Assembly: GCA_963662795.1 (NCBI GenBank)
Contig: OY759746.1
Coordinates: 64,001 to 128,000, forward strand
DNA: 64,000 bases
From: Spirochaetia bacterium
Lineage (GTDB): Bacteria > Spirochaetota > Spirochaetia > CADAEX01
Direction of reading: 5' to 3'
Below, piece after piece: positions 38,931 through 48,419 of this stretch. The notes below the pieces were generated by a model, which worked only from the letters and a program-made list of their open reading frames with translations, made no database searches and was not told where the DNA came from. The translations under genes were made by a program, and so were the position numbers. The stretch's first letter is position 1; every line of letters starts with the position of its first letter.

Positions 38931-40781
38931 CTATTTAAAATCCAGTGTTACTGCCCCGCCCCAGTCTTCCGGCGGCGGATTTGTTTTGAATCCTTCGCAC
39001 CTGTCAACGTACATTTTTGACAGGTAATCACCGGGGGCTCTCTCAAGAACCTTCTTAAAGTATTCTATAGCTGTAACCCAGTTGCCTATTTTATAAAGCT
39101 GAAGCGCTTTTTTGTAGGAGGAATCACTTTCCCCGTCCATCTGTACATCAAGCGCTGTATTTACAGAAAAAAGTGTCGTAGGCTCTTCCTTGCCCTTAAC
39201 CCGGACAGTATCAACCTCGCGCAGCGAAAACTCATCCTTTACCTTTAGCGCAACAACTTCGGAGATTATAATCTGCCTTTTATAATGTTTTGTAATACCC
39301 TCAAGCCTTGAAGCAAGGTTTACGTTATCGCCTATTACCGTATAGTCAAATTTATCCTGGCTTCCGATGTTGCCGACAATTACGCTGCCCTCATGTATCC
39401 CGATCCCTATACGAAATCCGCCGGGCGGCAGATTTATCCCTTCCACAGTAATTTCCGGAAGCTTGTTTATCATGGCGGCAGCTGCCCTGACAGCTCTTGC
39501 CGCATTATCCTCATAGCTGGTAGGGGCGCCAAAAATTGCCAGTATTGCATCGCCTATAAATTTATCGATAACTCCGCCGCTGTTTTTTATCAGGCTTACC
39601 ATGTGCTGAAAATATGAATTAAGAAATGATACTATTTTTTCCGCAGAATTATTCTCTGAAATAACAGTAAAAGATCTGATATCTGAAAAAAGAATTGCAA
39701 CAGATCTTTTCTCACCTACTTTCATTTCAGTATCGCCTTCTGTCTTTTCAAGCAGCTCATTGATAATTTCAGGCGGTACAAATTTTGAAAAAACTCCCCG
39801 TATTTTCTGTTCAATATCATGCACCCGGTTAAAAAGTATGGCATTATCAAGTACCATGCCCGCACCTTTGGCAAATACTGAAACATTATCATTTATAATT
39901 TCTGAAAAATAATTATTGCTTAGATTCCCGACATGCAGTGTCCCGATTATTTCTTCACCCTTTCCTTTTAACGGAAAAAGAGCATAGGAGCTGAGTCTTC
40001 TCTGGTCTGAACGGAGTTTATCAAAATCTTCTCTATCCTCAATTCCAAAAACTACATCCTGAACCTCATCATCTGTCTTGCTGTTTTCCCTGAAATCAGC
40101 AAGACAGATCCCCTTAAAATCATCAAGATCACCCCGGTATATTTTTACAGAAGGAAGCTGGTAAAGAAGCGCTTTTTTACCGAATTTCAATATTATTACA
40201 CCAAGATGAGCTTCGCATATTCTTGTCAGGAGAAGCAGTATCTCAAGGCATGACTGAGGCAGCGAGCTTATAAATCTTTCAACTCCGGCAAGCTCATTAA
40301 GAATTGTAGAACGGAACAGCTCCCTGTCAAACAGGTTTCCAAGAAGCTCCATTGCATTTATTTCATTGATCCCTTCTCCATCTTCCCTGATGAGATCCCG
40401 GTCAAGTTTAGGCGCTTTTGAGATAAGTTCTTTCACCAGGTCGCCTAGATGTTCGAGATTATCAAAATCCTTGGTTACAAAAGCTTCAACTCCTGAAGAC
40501 ATTGCCCAAAATCTGTCCCGGTCCTCAGACAGGCTGGTATGCATGATAATCGGAATATCGCGCACTCCCCGCTTTGATTTCAAAAGCCTGCTGAGCTGAT
40601 ATCCCTGCAGCCTCGGCATCTCAACATCTGAAATTATTATATCAGGGATTTCCCGGTATGCGGCAAGCACCCCGTCAAGTCCGTTTACAGCTCTGACTAC
40701 TTCATATTGAAGCTCGGTAAAAAATTGATCCAGTACGCCGGCAATAACATCTGAATCATCAACAACAAGTATTTTAGCCAT
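38931..40781 (-). CDS. Response regulator: REC - GAF-like - class III adenylate cyclase - TPR
   Basis: REC (VVDDS, SDVEMP, HTS, FVTK); cyclase FSDIRSFT, DKFIGDA, FDYTVIGDNVNLASRLE (Lys/Asp = ATP specificity); C-terminal TPR and PPEDWGG tail. Confidence 0.9.
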   Translation of the reverse strand: MAKILVVDDSDVIAGVLDQFFTELQYEVVRAVNGLDGVLAAYREIPDIIISDVEMPRLQGYQLSRLLKSKRGVRDIPIIMHTSLSEDRDRFWAMSSGVEAFVTKDFDNLEHLGDLVKELISKAPKLDRDLIREDGEGINEINAMELLGNLFDRELFRSTILNELAGVERFISSLPQSCLEILLLLTRICEAHLGVIILKFGKKALLYQLPSVKIYRGDLDDFKGICLADFRENSKTDDEVQDVVFGIEDREDFDKLRSDQRRLSSYALFPLKGKGEEIIGTLHVGNLSNNYFSEIINDNVSVFAKGAGMVLDNAILFNRVHDIEQKIRGVFSKFVPPEIINELLEKTEGDTEMKVGEKRSVAILFSDIRSFTVISENNSAEKIVSFLNSYFQHMVSLIKNSGGVIDKFIGDAILAIFGAPTSYEDNAARAVRAAAAMINKLPEITVEGINLPPGGFRIGIGIHEGSVIVGNIGSQDKFDYTVIGDNVNLASRLEGITKHYKRQIIISEVVALKVKDEFSLREVDTVRVKGKEEPTTLFSVNTALDVQMDGESDSSYKKALQLYKIGNWVTAIEYFKKVLERAPGDYLSKMYVDRCEGFKTNPPPEDWGGAVTLDFK

Positions 40782-40792
40782 GATGCCGCCTC

Positions 40793-42997
40793 CTATGTCA
40801 GCCGCCTGGCAATACCTGCCAGGCTGTTTCTGTCAAATTCTGATTTTATGATATAAGCGCTTGCTCCTGCATTTATAACTTTCTTGCGGTATTCTTCTTC
40901 AGAATGTGAAGAAACAACAACTATCGGGATGTTGCGGAGTCTGTTATCCTTGCGGATATTTTCAATCATTGTTATTCCATCCATCCTCGGCATTTCCAGA
41001 TCAGTAATAATCAGATCTACATGATTGGATTTCAACTGTTCAAGTCCGTCAATTCCGTCAACCGCAGTTATAACCTGAAAATCTTCGAGTTCCAGTATTG
41101 ATTTTTCAATTTCTCTTGTGTTAAGTGAATCATCAACAACCAGAACCTTTTTTGCCTGTTTCTGTTCGGATAATTTACCCCGCAGCAGATCAACTGTTTT
41201 AATGCTCTTGAATGCCTTAATAAGTTCAGGAACAAATAATATATTTATAATGCTGTAAGTTTCATCAAAAACAATACCCTGAATCAGTTTAAGTTTCTGC
41301 AGATTCCTTGGAAGCGGTTTATAGATAAGCTGTACATGCTGAAGTATTGAATCAACAATAATCCCTATTTTATCACCAACAGATTCAACCACTACCACAT
41401 AGATAAAATCATTACGCGATGGAGGGTTGCTGCCCATTATTGAAGAAAGTGTATAAAGCGGTACAATCTTGTCGCCCAGTTTAAATGCAGCCTTGTTAAA
41501 ATAGGTCAGTTTGTCCTTTACTGCCAGACGGACAATTTTATCCACAAAATTACTCGGTATAAGAAATTTATGATCTCCGGACCGGACAAAAAATCCGCTG
41601 ACTGTTGCAAGGGAAAGAGGAAGCGATAAAATAAACTCGGTTCCTATTCCAAGTGTGCTTTTAATTGTAATTTTGCCCTTCACCTTCTGAATATTATGGC
41701 GGACTATATCGAGGCCTACACCGCGTCCTGACAGATCTGTCACCTGCGCCTTTGTTGAAAAGCCGGGAGCAAAAAGAAAACTGTAAACATCACTTTCAGT
41801 AAGCTCATCAAGCTCTTCCTTGGATACAAGGCCCCTTTCTATCGCCTGACGTTTAACCTTGTCGTGGTCAATACCCCGTCCGTCATCAATTATCTTTATT
41901 ATGATATTTCCGCCTTCAGAGAGGCAGCTGATGCGTATATTTCCCTGGGGATTTTTTCCTGTGCTTTTTCTTTCCTCCCGGGTTTCAAGTCCATGATCAA
42001 GAGAGTTTCTGACTATATGAATAATGGGATCATGCAGTTTTTCCAGAATAGCCTTGTCAAGAAGGACATCCATTCCTGACATCTGACAGCTGACATCTTT
42101 TTCAAGCAGTGATGATACTTCTTCAACCATCCTGGGTATTGAGCCGAATATCAGTTCAAGAGGAAGCATTGTAAGACGCATAAGCTGTTCCTGCAGCTCG
42201 TAGGTATTTCGCTCGATAACCGCGATCTGCTCTGAAAAGCTTTTTTTGACAGTCTGTATGCTTTTCTGGAATTCCTGGAATTCCCTGTAAAATCCGGCTG
42301 CCTCTTTCAGTTTTCTGAGGCTTCCCATTTGTTCCTGAAACCTGGAAGCGAACTGGGTTATATCTTCCTGGATCTTCTTGAACTGAAACTGCTTGATGAC
42401 TATCTGGTTCATGGTCTGCATTATCCCGTCGATACTTGCAAGCTTTACCCTGATAGTTTCATATTCAGGGTTTTCACCTCCCTGGGGGAGCGGTGTTGAA
42501 GCATTCAAAGCAGCGTTATCTGTTCGTGCAGATCCGGATGGGGATGCAGTCGGAGAAGAGGCCGCTGTATTCCTGCTCATTATCTCCCTTAGGCTTTCAA
42601 GCTCATAAGGCTCGTTTGCGTAAATCCTTTCAGAAACAGCAGTATAGGCTTCAAGCGGCGGGCTGTCCTGCCTATTATCTTTGATAAATGCAGTTCCTCC
42701 CTTGAGCAGGTCGCAGCCGATAAAAACAACCTGAATAAAAGGAGGAGAAAAAGTATAGCGTTTTTCTCTTATCCCTTTGAAAAGATTTTCCATTGCATGG
42801 GCAGTCTGCTCCATACCGAGGAATTTCAGCATCCGCGAAGATCCTTTAATGGTATGGAGTGATCTTAATACCGCGTTCAGCTCTTCTTCGTTATCCGGAT
42901 CTTTTTTTAGTTTAAGAATTCCGCGTTCTACTGCCTGAATATTTTCTGCAGCTTCTTCAAGGTAGTTTCCTATAAAAGCATCACGGTTAATTGCCAC
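40793..42997 (-). CDS. cheA: CheA-like hybrid histidine kinase (HPt-dimer-HATPase-CheW-REC)
   Basis: LHTIKGSS, HIVRNSLDHG, DDGRGID, GFST, SGRGVGLD, LPLSLA, C-terminal REC (VVDDS, TDLEMP); GTG start; no obvious P2 domain. Confidence 0.93.
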   Translation of the reverse strand: MAINRDAFIGNYLEEAAENIQAVERGILKLKKDPDNEEELNAVLRSLHTIKGSSRMLKFLGMEQTAHAMENLFKGIREKRYTFSPPFIQVVFIGCDLLKGGTAFIKDNRQDSPPLEAYTAVSERIYANEPYELESLREIMSRNTAASSPTASPSGSARTDNAALNASTPLPQGGENPEYETIRVKLASIDGIMQTMNQIVIKQFQFKKIQEDITQFASRFQEQMGSLRKLKEAAGFYREFQEFQKSIQTVKKSFSEQIAVIERNTYELQEQLMRLTMLPLELIFGSIPRMVEEVSSLLEKDVSCQMSGMDVLLDKAILEKLHDPIIHIVRNSLDHGLETREERKSTGKNPQGNIRISCLSEGGNIIIKIIDDGRGIDHDKVKRQAIERGLVSKEELDELTESDVYSFLFAPGFSTKAQVTDLSGRGVGLDIVRHNIQKVKGKITIKSTLGIGTEFILSLPLSLATVSGFFVRSGDHKFLIPSNFVDKIVRLAVKDKLTYFNKAAFKLGDKIVPLYTLSSIMGSNPPSRNDFIYVVVVESVGDKIGIIVDSILQHVQLIYKPLPRNLQKLKLIQGIVFDETYSIINILFVPELIKAFKSIKTVDLLRGKLSEQKQAKKVLVVDDSLNTREIEKSILELEDFQVITAVDGIDGLEQLKSNHVDLIITDLEMPRMDGITMIENIRKDNRLRNIPIVVVSSHSEEEYRKKVINAGASAYIIKSEFDRNSLAGIARRLT

Positions 42998-43009
42998 AGC
43001 TGTCCCCCT

Positions 43010-44401
43010 TTATATTTTGACCCGGTGCAAGGGTTTAATTTTTTCAATCCATTTCCGGCACATATATTTAAAATAGGCCTGATCAAAGTCCTCAAGTAAA
43101 AAAGAAAAAACATTTTTTTCTCCGGATGTTTCATTTTCCAGAATATCAAGACAGTTTCTGAACTCATCTCGTGCTTTAACAGGATTTTTTTCTGTCAGAT
43201 TAAGAGCATAATAAAAGCGGGCAGGCCAGAAATCACTGCGGATGCTGAAAGCGCGCAGGAAATACTCCTCAGCAGTGTTTTTTTCCCCTGTCCAGTACTT
43301 CAGCCTGCCTTCAAGAAAAGCTATCAGGGCAGTTCCCGCGATATCTTTTTTTAAATCAGTGAGTATTTCATCCGCTGCCTTAAAATCAGATTCATTTATT
43401 TTCGATAGAAACAGGCGGATATGCCTGGCTGCCCCGGTATAAAAAGCATCTATACCTTCGCTTAAGCTCTCAGGCGCGGCAAGGCATGTAATAATCATAT
43501 CTTCCGGGCTGACTGAAGATTTTTCCGGTAATTTATTACTCTGAATCTTCTCAACTTCAGGAACAGCCGGAGAAGGATTTGCCGGCTGCTGTTTCTGAAA
43601 ATAATAAACTCCCTGCTTTTCATGAAGGATAAGATTTTCATTTTTAACAAACGGCACTTCACTTGAAGCAAGAAAAAAATATCCGCCTGATGCAAGTTTA
43701 TCTGCAAGCCGGCTGATAAGGTCATCCCTTTTATCCATTGCAAGATAGAGCAGCGTATTCCTGAAAAAAATAAGGTCAGCAGGCTCCGGAAGAAAATCAA
43801 AAGAATCCTGATAGAAGTTAAGCCTCCGGGAGGTGATTTTACCAGGCAGAAGTGAATCAGGCAGGAACTCACTTCCTGTTTTACCGGAAGGCATAAGATG
43901 TTTATCAAGCAGGGGACGAAAACCCAACCCGTCTTTGCGGAACGAATGAGAAGAGAACCGGCCTGATTCAAGAGAGGCAAGCACGTGTGTATTTATATCA
44001 GTTGCAAAAATATGAAAATCACGCGCTGCGTGTTTTTCCTTTTCACTCATGGCAAGAACAGCAAGAGATACAGCTTCCTCGCCGGTTGAACAGGAAACAC
44101 TCCAGATCAGCAGCTTTTGTTTATTAGTAAAAAGCTCCGGTAATATTTCCTCCTGCAGAAGCAGAAACTGTTTCTCCTCCCTGAAAAAATATGTTTCATT
44201 TATTGTTGCTGCATTCAGCAAAGCCTGCTGTGCATCTCCTGCGTTACCCGCAAGAAGCAGAAACTCCTTTCCGCTCAGGTATCTTGATTTAAGTTCTTTC
44301 TCAATTTCCCGGCGGATGTGGTTTCTGTGTGATACAGGAGGCATCATGCCGGTGAGAGATTCAATCAATTTTATATATTCTTCAAATATTTTATCTGTCA
44401 T
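43010..44401 (-). CDS. cheR: CheR methyltransferase with C-terminal TPR (WspC-like)
   Basis: INETYFFRE, IWSVSCSTGEE, ATDIN, DLIFFRNTLLY; TPR with FWPARFY. Confidence 0.9.
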   Translation of the reverse strand: MTDKIFEEYIKLIESLTGMMPPVSHRNHIRREIEKELKSRYLSGKEFLLLAGNAGDAQQALLNAATINETYFFREEKQFLLLQEEILPELFTNKQKLLIWSVSCSTGEEAVSLAVLAMSEKEKHAARDFHIFATDINTHVLASLESGRFSSHSFRKDGLGFRPLLDKHLMPSGKTGSEFLPDSLLPGKITSRRLNFYQDSFDFLPEPADLIFFRNTLLYLAMDKRDDLISRLADKLASGGYFFLASSEVPFVKNENLILHEKQGVYYFQKQQPANPSPAVPEVEKIQSNKLPEKSSVSPEDMIITCLAAPESLSEGIDAFYTGAARHIRLFLSKINESDFKAADEILTDLKKDIAGTALIAFLEGRLKYWTGEKNTAEEYFLRAFSIRSDFWPARFYYALNLTEKNPVKARDEFRNCLDILENETSGEKNVFSFLLEDFDQAYFKYMCRKWIEKIKPLHRVKI

Positions 44402-45390
44402 TTCTTACCGGCAAGCTGAACCAGATAACTGCTGATTTCAGGAAGAGGCAGTATTTTCACTGCCCCGCCCCTTTCAATAGCAGCTTTCGGCATACCGAAT
44501 ATTGTTGAGGTTGACTCATCCTGAACAATTGTATGCCCGCCCTTTCCCTTTATATAAACACTGCCGTCAGCACCGTCAGTTCCCATTCCAGTCAGAAGAA
44601 CGCTTATAAGACTCTTGCCGAACCAGTCACCTGCTGTTATAAACAGCCGGTCAACGGCAGGCCGCTGGTTAACAACTTTAGGGCTGTTCTCAAGCGCAAG
44701 ACGCCCCTCTTTAACAATAAGGTGGCTGTTTCCCGGCGCTACCCAGAGGGTTCCCGGAATAAATTCCTCCCCTCCTGATGCAAGGCGGACTTTAAGGCTG
44801 GTCTGGCTGTCAAGCCAGGCTGCAAAGCTTTTATCAAATCTGTCTTCAATATGCTGAACAAGCGCAAGGCCGAGAGGGTAATCAGACGGGATACGGCCGA
44901 GAAGCTCCTTAAGCGTAACAGGCCCTCCGGTAGATGCTCCGATTACGACAGCGCTGTAGGCGCTTCCTGCCCTGCCGGCAGATGCAGCATCGCGCTGCCT
45001 TGTAATGTGAGCCCGGCTTAATTCTTTAAGTTTGTTTAGAAACATATTGAGAAACTCAGGTTCATTCATTTTATCTATGTCGGGTTTTCTCACTGCATCA
45101 AGCGCTCCTTTTCCAAGCGCTTTTACGGTAAGGTCACTGTCTACTTCATTTGAAAAAATGCAGATAGGGACAGGGCATTCAGACATAATTCTTCCTGTAG
45201 CTTCAAGCCCGTTCATCACAGGCATGTTTATATCCATAAGCACAAGGTCGGGTTTGAGCGATTTCACCAGATCAAGCCCCTGCAGCCCATTTGAGGCCTC
45301 GCCTGCAAGTTCTATATCATCAGTTTCAGCAAATACTGTTTTAAGTATATTACGGATAAGAGCAGAATCATCAACAATCAGAATTCTCAT
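44398..45390 (-). CDS. cheB: CheB methylesterase/deamidase with REC domain
   Basis: VDDS, MDINMP; GASTGGP, QH, RPAVD, LTGMGTDG, FGMP. Confidence 0.95.
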   Translation of the reverse strand: MRILIVDDSALIRNILKTVFAETDDIELAGEASNGLQGLDLVKSLKPDLVLMDINMPVMNGLEATGRIMSECPVPICIFSNEVDSDLTVKALGKGALDAVRKPDIDKMNEPEFLNMFLNKLKELSRAHITRQRDAASAGRAGSAYSAVVIGASTGGPVTLKELLGRIPSDYPLGLALVQHIEDRFDKSFAAWLDSQTSLKVRLASGGEEFIPGTLWVAPGNSHLIVKEGRLALENSPKVVNQRPAVDRLFITAGDWFGKSLISVLLTGMGTDGADGSVYIKGKGGHTIVQDESTSTIFGMPKAAIERGGAVKILPLPEISSYLVQLAGKK

Positions 45391-45931
45391 TATTATCCTC
45401 CAAAGCTTTCAGTATTTTTTCCTCAAAAAGGATATCAAGATCTACCATATAACGCATTCTGCCGCCGGCTGGAAATGATACAGCAAGAACTCCCTGCTTC
45501 TCCAGATGCGCGGCAAGAACGGCTGGCTGCAGACAGAGTTCTGTCAGCATCACATCAGTCATAATTGTGGCTGACGCGACACGGAACGCTATCATATCCT
45601 GCCGGACTTCCTCTTCAAGATAGAAATTATCCTCAAGCTTATCAAGTATTTCCAGTATTTCAGATGACAGGGTTTTTTTATCCCGGATCAGGGCAAGGTG
45701 AGCCTCGCCTGAAGGCTGCGCCTGAAAAAAATTCTGAAAGAAAAGATCCAGATTAAAAAGAGGTATAATTTTTTCTTTCAGCCTGAGTCCCTCCTGCAGA
45801 AACATACAGGAAGTTTTTCTCTCTTCAGTTTCCGCAATGTAAACACTTGTTGTACACTGTTCCCTGTTTATCTGGAATTCCACCTTTGAATGAGGGATAG
45901 TCAGTACTTTAATAATATTTTCAGCGCTCAA
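45371..45931 (-). CDS. Divergent CheW-like adaptor
   Basis: TTG start overlapping cheW stop; LRLKEKIIPLFNLD, IAFRV, MVDLDIL echo CheW strands; position in operon. Confidence 0.5.
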   Translation of the reverse strand: MSAENIIKVLTIPHSKVEFQINREQCTTSVYIAETEERKTSCMFLQEGLRLKEKIIPLFNLDLFFQNFFQAQPSGEAHLALIRDKKTLSSEILEILDKLEDNFYLEEEVRQDMIAFRVASATIMTDVMLTELCLQPAVLAAHLEKQGVLAVSFPAGGRMRYMVDLDILFEEKILKALEDNNENSDC

Positions 45932-46421
45932 TATCCCTCTCCAGTCTCTCAAGCAGGGCCTGTCCCTTAAGAACAAAAACTTCCTGTCCTTTCAGAGAAA
46001 TTGATTCAAGAAAATAACGGCTGGAATCATCATCGGATGATATTTTATGCACATCGCCGGAAGGAATTTTTATAATCTCATCTACATCGGAAATAAGAAG
46101 ACATGCCTGGTCCTGTAAAAGATTAAGAACCAACAGTGTTGATGATTCAAGTTTTTCATTATGGAACAGCAGATTCAGATCAAAAACTGTATACGGCTGC
46201 CCGTGTCTGTTGGCATATCCCCTTACATAGGGAGGAACAAATGGCACATAATACAGTGAATTGTCAAAAGAAATTTCCTTTACATCAGCTGCAGGCAGGG
46301 CATATCTCCCGTTCCCGAGAGAAAAAACAACATACTTGCACATAACATTATCAGTGCTGCTGTCTGTATTGCTGTTTCCGGCGGGGTTTTTTAGTTTATT
46401 CATTAAATCCTGGTTATTCAT
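45921..46421 (-). CDS. cheW: CheW adaptor
   Basis: YVVFSLGNGRYAL...VKEI, VPFVPPYVRGYANRHG, VFDL, LLISDVDEI; start MNNQD after GAGGA. Confidence 0.9.
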   Translation of the reverse strand: MNNQDLMNKLKNPAGNSNTDSSTDNVMCKYVVFSLGNGRYALPAADVKEISFDNSLYYVPFVPPYVRGYANRHGQPYTVFDLNLLFHNEKLESSTLLVLNLLQDQACLLISDVDEIIKIPSGDVHKISSDDDSSRYFLESISLKGQEVFVLKGQALLERLERDIER

Positions 46422-46422
46422 T

Positions 46423-48408
46423 TCATTTCTCCTCTGAAACACTGTATCTCGCAACTGATTCATTAAACTGGTCTGCTATCACTTTCAGCTGATCAGATGC
46501 CTCGCTTGTAGATCTGGTTGAGATGACAAAATTGTCAATCCCTTCGGATATCTGTTTCAGGGTAAGAAAAATCTGCTCAAATGATGCTACCTGCATTTTT
46601 ATGGCACGCGCAATATCATTTGCAGATGCTGCTGATATTTCACTGGAACTTAAAACATCTTCAAATACGCCCCGGATATGATGTGAAATATCCCAACCCT
46701 CTTTAATGCGCATTGTCCCCTCTTCAGAAGCTATAATCAGCTTGTCTGATGCATGCTGAATCTCGTTGATTTTGGTTTTAATCTCATTTGTTGAATCAAC
46801 AGTACTGTCCGCGAGACGGCGTATTTCGCTTGCTACTATCTGAAAGTTTCTGCCTGCATCACCGGCGGCAGCTGCTTCCAACTCTGCGTTAAACGCTATT
46901 ATTTTAGTCTGGTCGGCAATACCATTAATAATATTGACTATGTCCCAGATTGAATCAATCTGTCCGCCGAGAGTTTTGATACCGCCGATTGTGTTGGCAT
47001 TTGTTTCCCGTATCTCGCTCATTTTACCCAGACTGTTTTTAATATGGTCAAAACCTTTTTCGACTGTTTCCTTTGTGTTATTAGCTATTTTTACAACTTC
47101 CTGTATTCTTACAGCAACGCCCTGTGATAATTTATCTGAATCCTCCATGGTGCTGAGTATTTCCTTGACAGATGCAGCCTGCTGATTGGCAGTACTTGAA
47201 ACCTCCTGAGTACCTGCGCCAAGGCTGTGTGTGGATTCAATCAGTACTTCAGATGCGTTTTGTATTTTTTTTACAAGTGCAGAAAAAGAATCAATTACAT
47301 TATTAAAAAAAGAAGCAAGTTCTCCCATTTCATCATTCGAAGTAATATTTATCCTGCCTGTTAAATCGCCTGAAGCTGCCATTGTTGAAACTGACTGGAT
47401 ATTTTTCATCGGCAGCAGAATTCTTGACATCAGCGTTTTTATAAATAGTGAAACAATAATCGATGCGGTTATAATTGAAATAAATATAATAAGTCTGAAA
47501 ATTTTTATAACATTCATATATTCCGCGGTGAAATCATTGACTGCAGCATACCATGATGAATCAGGGATTCGCGTAAAATCTGCTATGACTTCTCCATATC
47601 CGGTATTATAAGAGTAACTGCCTTTTTCATTTTTAATCACTTCAGCTGTCATATCTGCAAGATTTTTCAGACCTTCAGCCTCATTACTGTAATTATCAAG
47701 AAACAGCTGTTTGCCTGCAACAACTGAACCTGATTTATCTATCAGCATTAAAAATCCGCGGTTTCCTGCCTTTATATTTTCTATTGATCTGCGGATTTGT
47801 TCATAGTCAAGCAGGGTCTCAAATTCCTCTTTATAGGATGAGGCCCAGACCATGATGTCCCAGGGTTTATAATATGAAAGATAACCTGCCTTTATCCTTG
47901 CTTTCTCTTCCCCTGGATTTTTCCATTCATATTCAAGATAACCGTTTTTCATAGCCATGGCTTTCTTCATGAATTCATGACCGCTTGCATCTGCCCCTTC
48001 AGATTTAGGATGGATTGTTAAAATTCCACTGGTACTTACTCCTGCAAGATAACCGGTAGTGCCGATTCTTCCATAGTCAGGATCAAGCATGATACGCCTT
48101 GCTTCAGCCCGCGCCTGTTCCATGGTAATCCGGTTTTTACTGACCTGCAGATTATAATAAGAAAGAAGTTCGCGGTTCTTTTCTGCTACAGCTCTTAAAT
48201 AATTTTTGACAGCTCCATCTATTTCATTCTGAATCAGTTGAACAGAGATTTTTAAAGTATTTTCCCTGTTCCTCTCAGCAAGATTTGTAAGTTCCTTATC
48301 AAGGCGGTTTGTACTTACAAGTCCCATAACTGCCATAAGAAGAATAAAAGGAATATTGGTTGTTAAACTGATTTTACCGGCAAGATCTTTTCCTATTTTG
48401 AATTTCAT
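46423..48408 (-). CDS. Methyl-accepting chemotaxis protein, Cache sensor domains + HAMP
   Basis: TM, Cache (IHP..EG, GYLEYEWKNPGE...K, PWD), TM, HAMP (DEMGELASFFN), MA domain QTKIIAFNAELEAAAAG. Confidence 0.92.
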   Translation of the reverse strand: MKFKIGKDLAGKISLTTNIPFILLMAVMGLVSTNRLDKELTNLAERNRENTLKISVQLIQNEIDGAVKNYLRAVAEKNRELLSYYNLQVSKNRITMEQARAEARRIMLDPDYGRIGTTGYLAGVSTSGILTIHPKSEGADASGHEFMKKAMAMKNGYLEYEWKNPGEEKARIKAGYLSYYKPWDIMVWASSYKEEFETLLDYEQIRRSIENIKAGNRGFLMLIDKSGSVVAGKQLFLDNYSNEAEGLKNLADMTAEVIKNEKGSYSYNTGYGEVIADFTRIPDSSWYAAVNDFTAEYMNVIKIFRLIIFISIITASIIVSLFIKTLMSRILLPMKNIQSVSTMAASGDLTGRINITSNDEMGELASFFNNVIDSFSALVKKIQNASEVLIESTHSLGAGTQEVSSTANQQAASVKEILSTMEDSDKLSQGVAVRIQEVVKIANNTKETVEKGFDHIKNSLGKMSEIRETNANTIGGIKTLGGQIDSIWDIVNIINGIADQTKIIAFNAELEAAAAGDAGRNFQIVASEIRRLADSTVDSTNEIKTKINEIQHASDKLIIASEEGTMRIKEGWDISHHIRGVFEDVLSSSEISAASANDIARAIKMQVASFEQIFLTLKQISEGIDNFVISTRSTSEASDQLKVIADQFNESVARYSVSEEK

Positions 48409-48419
48409 GCGTATCTCCC

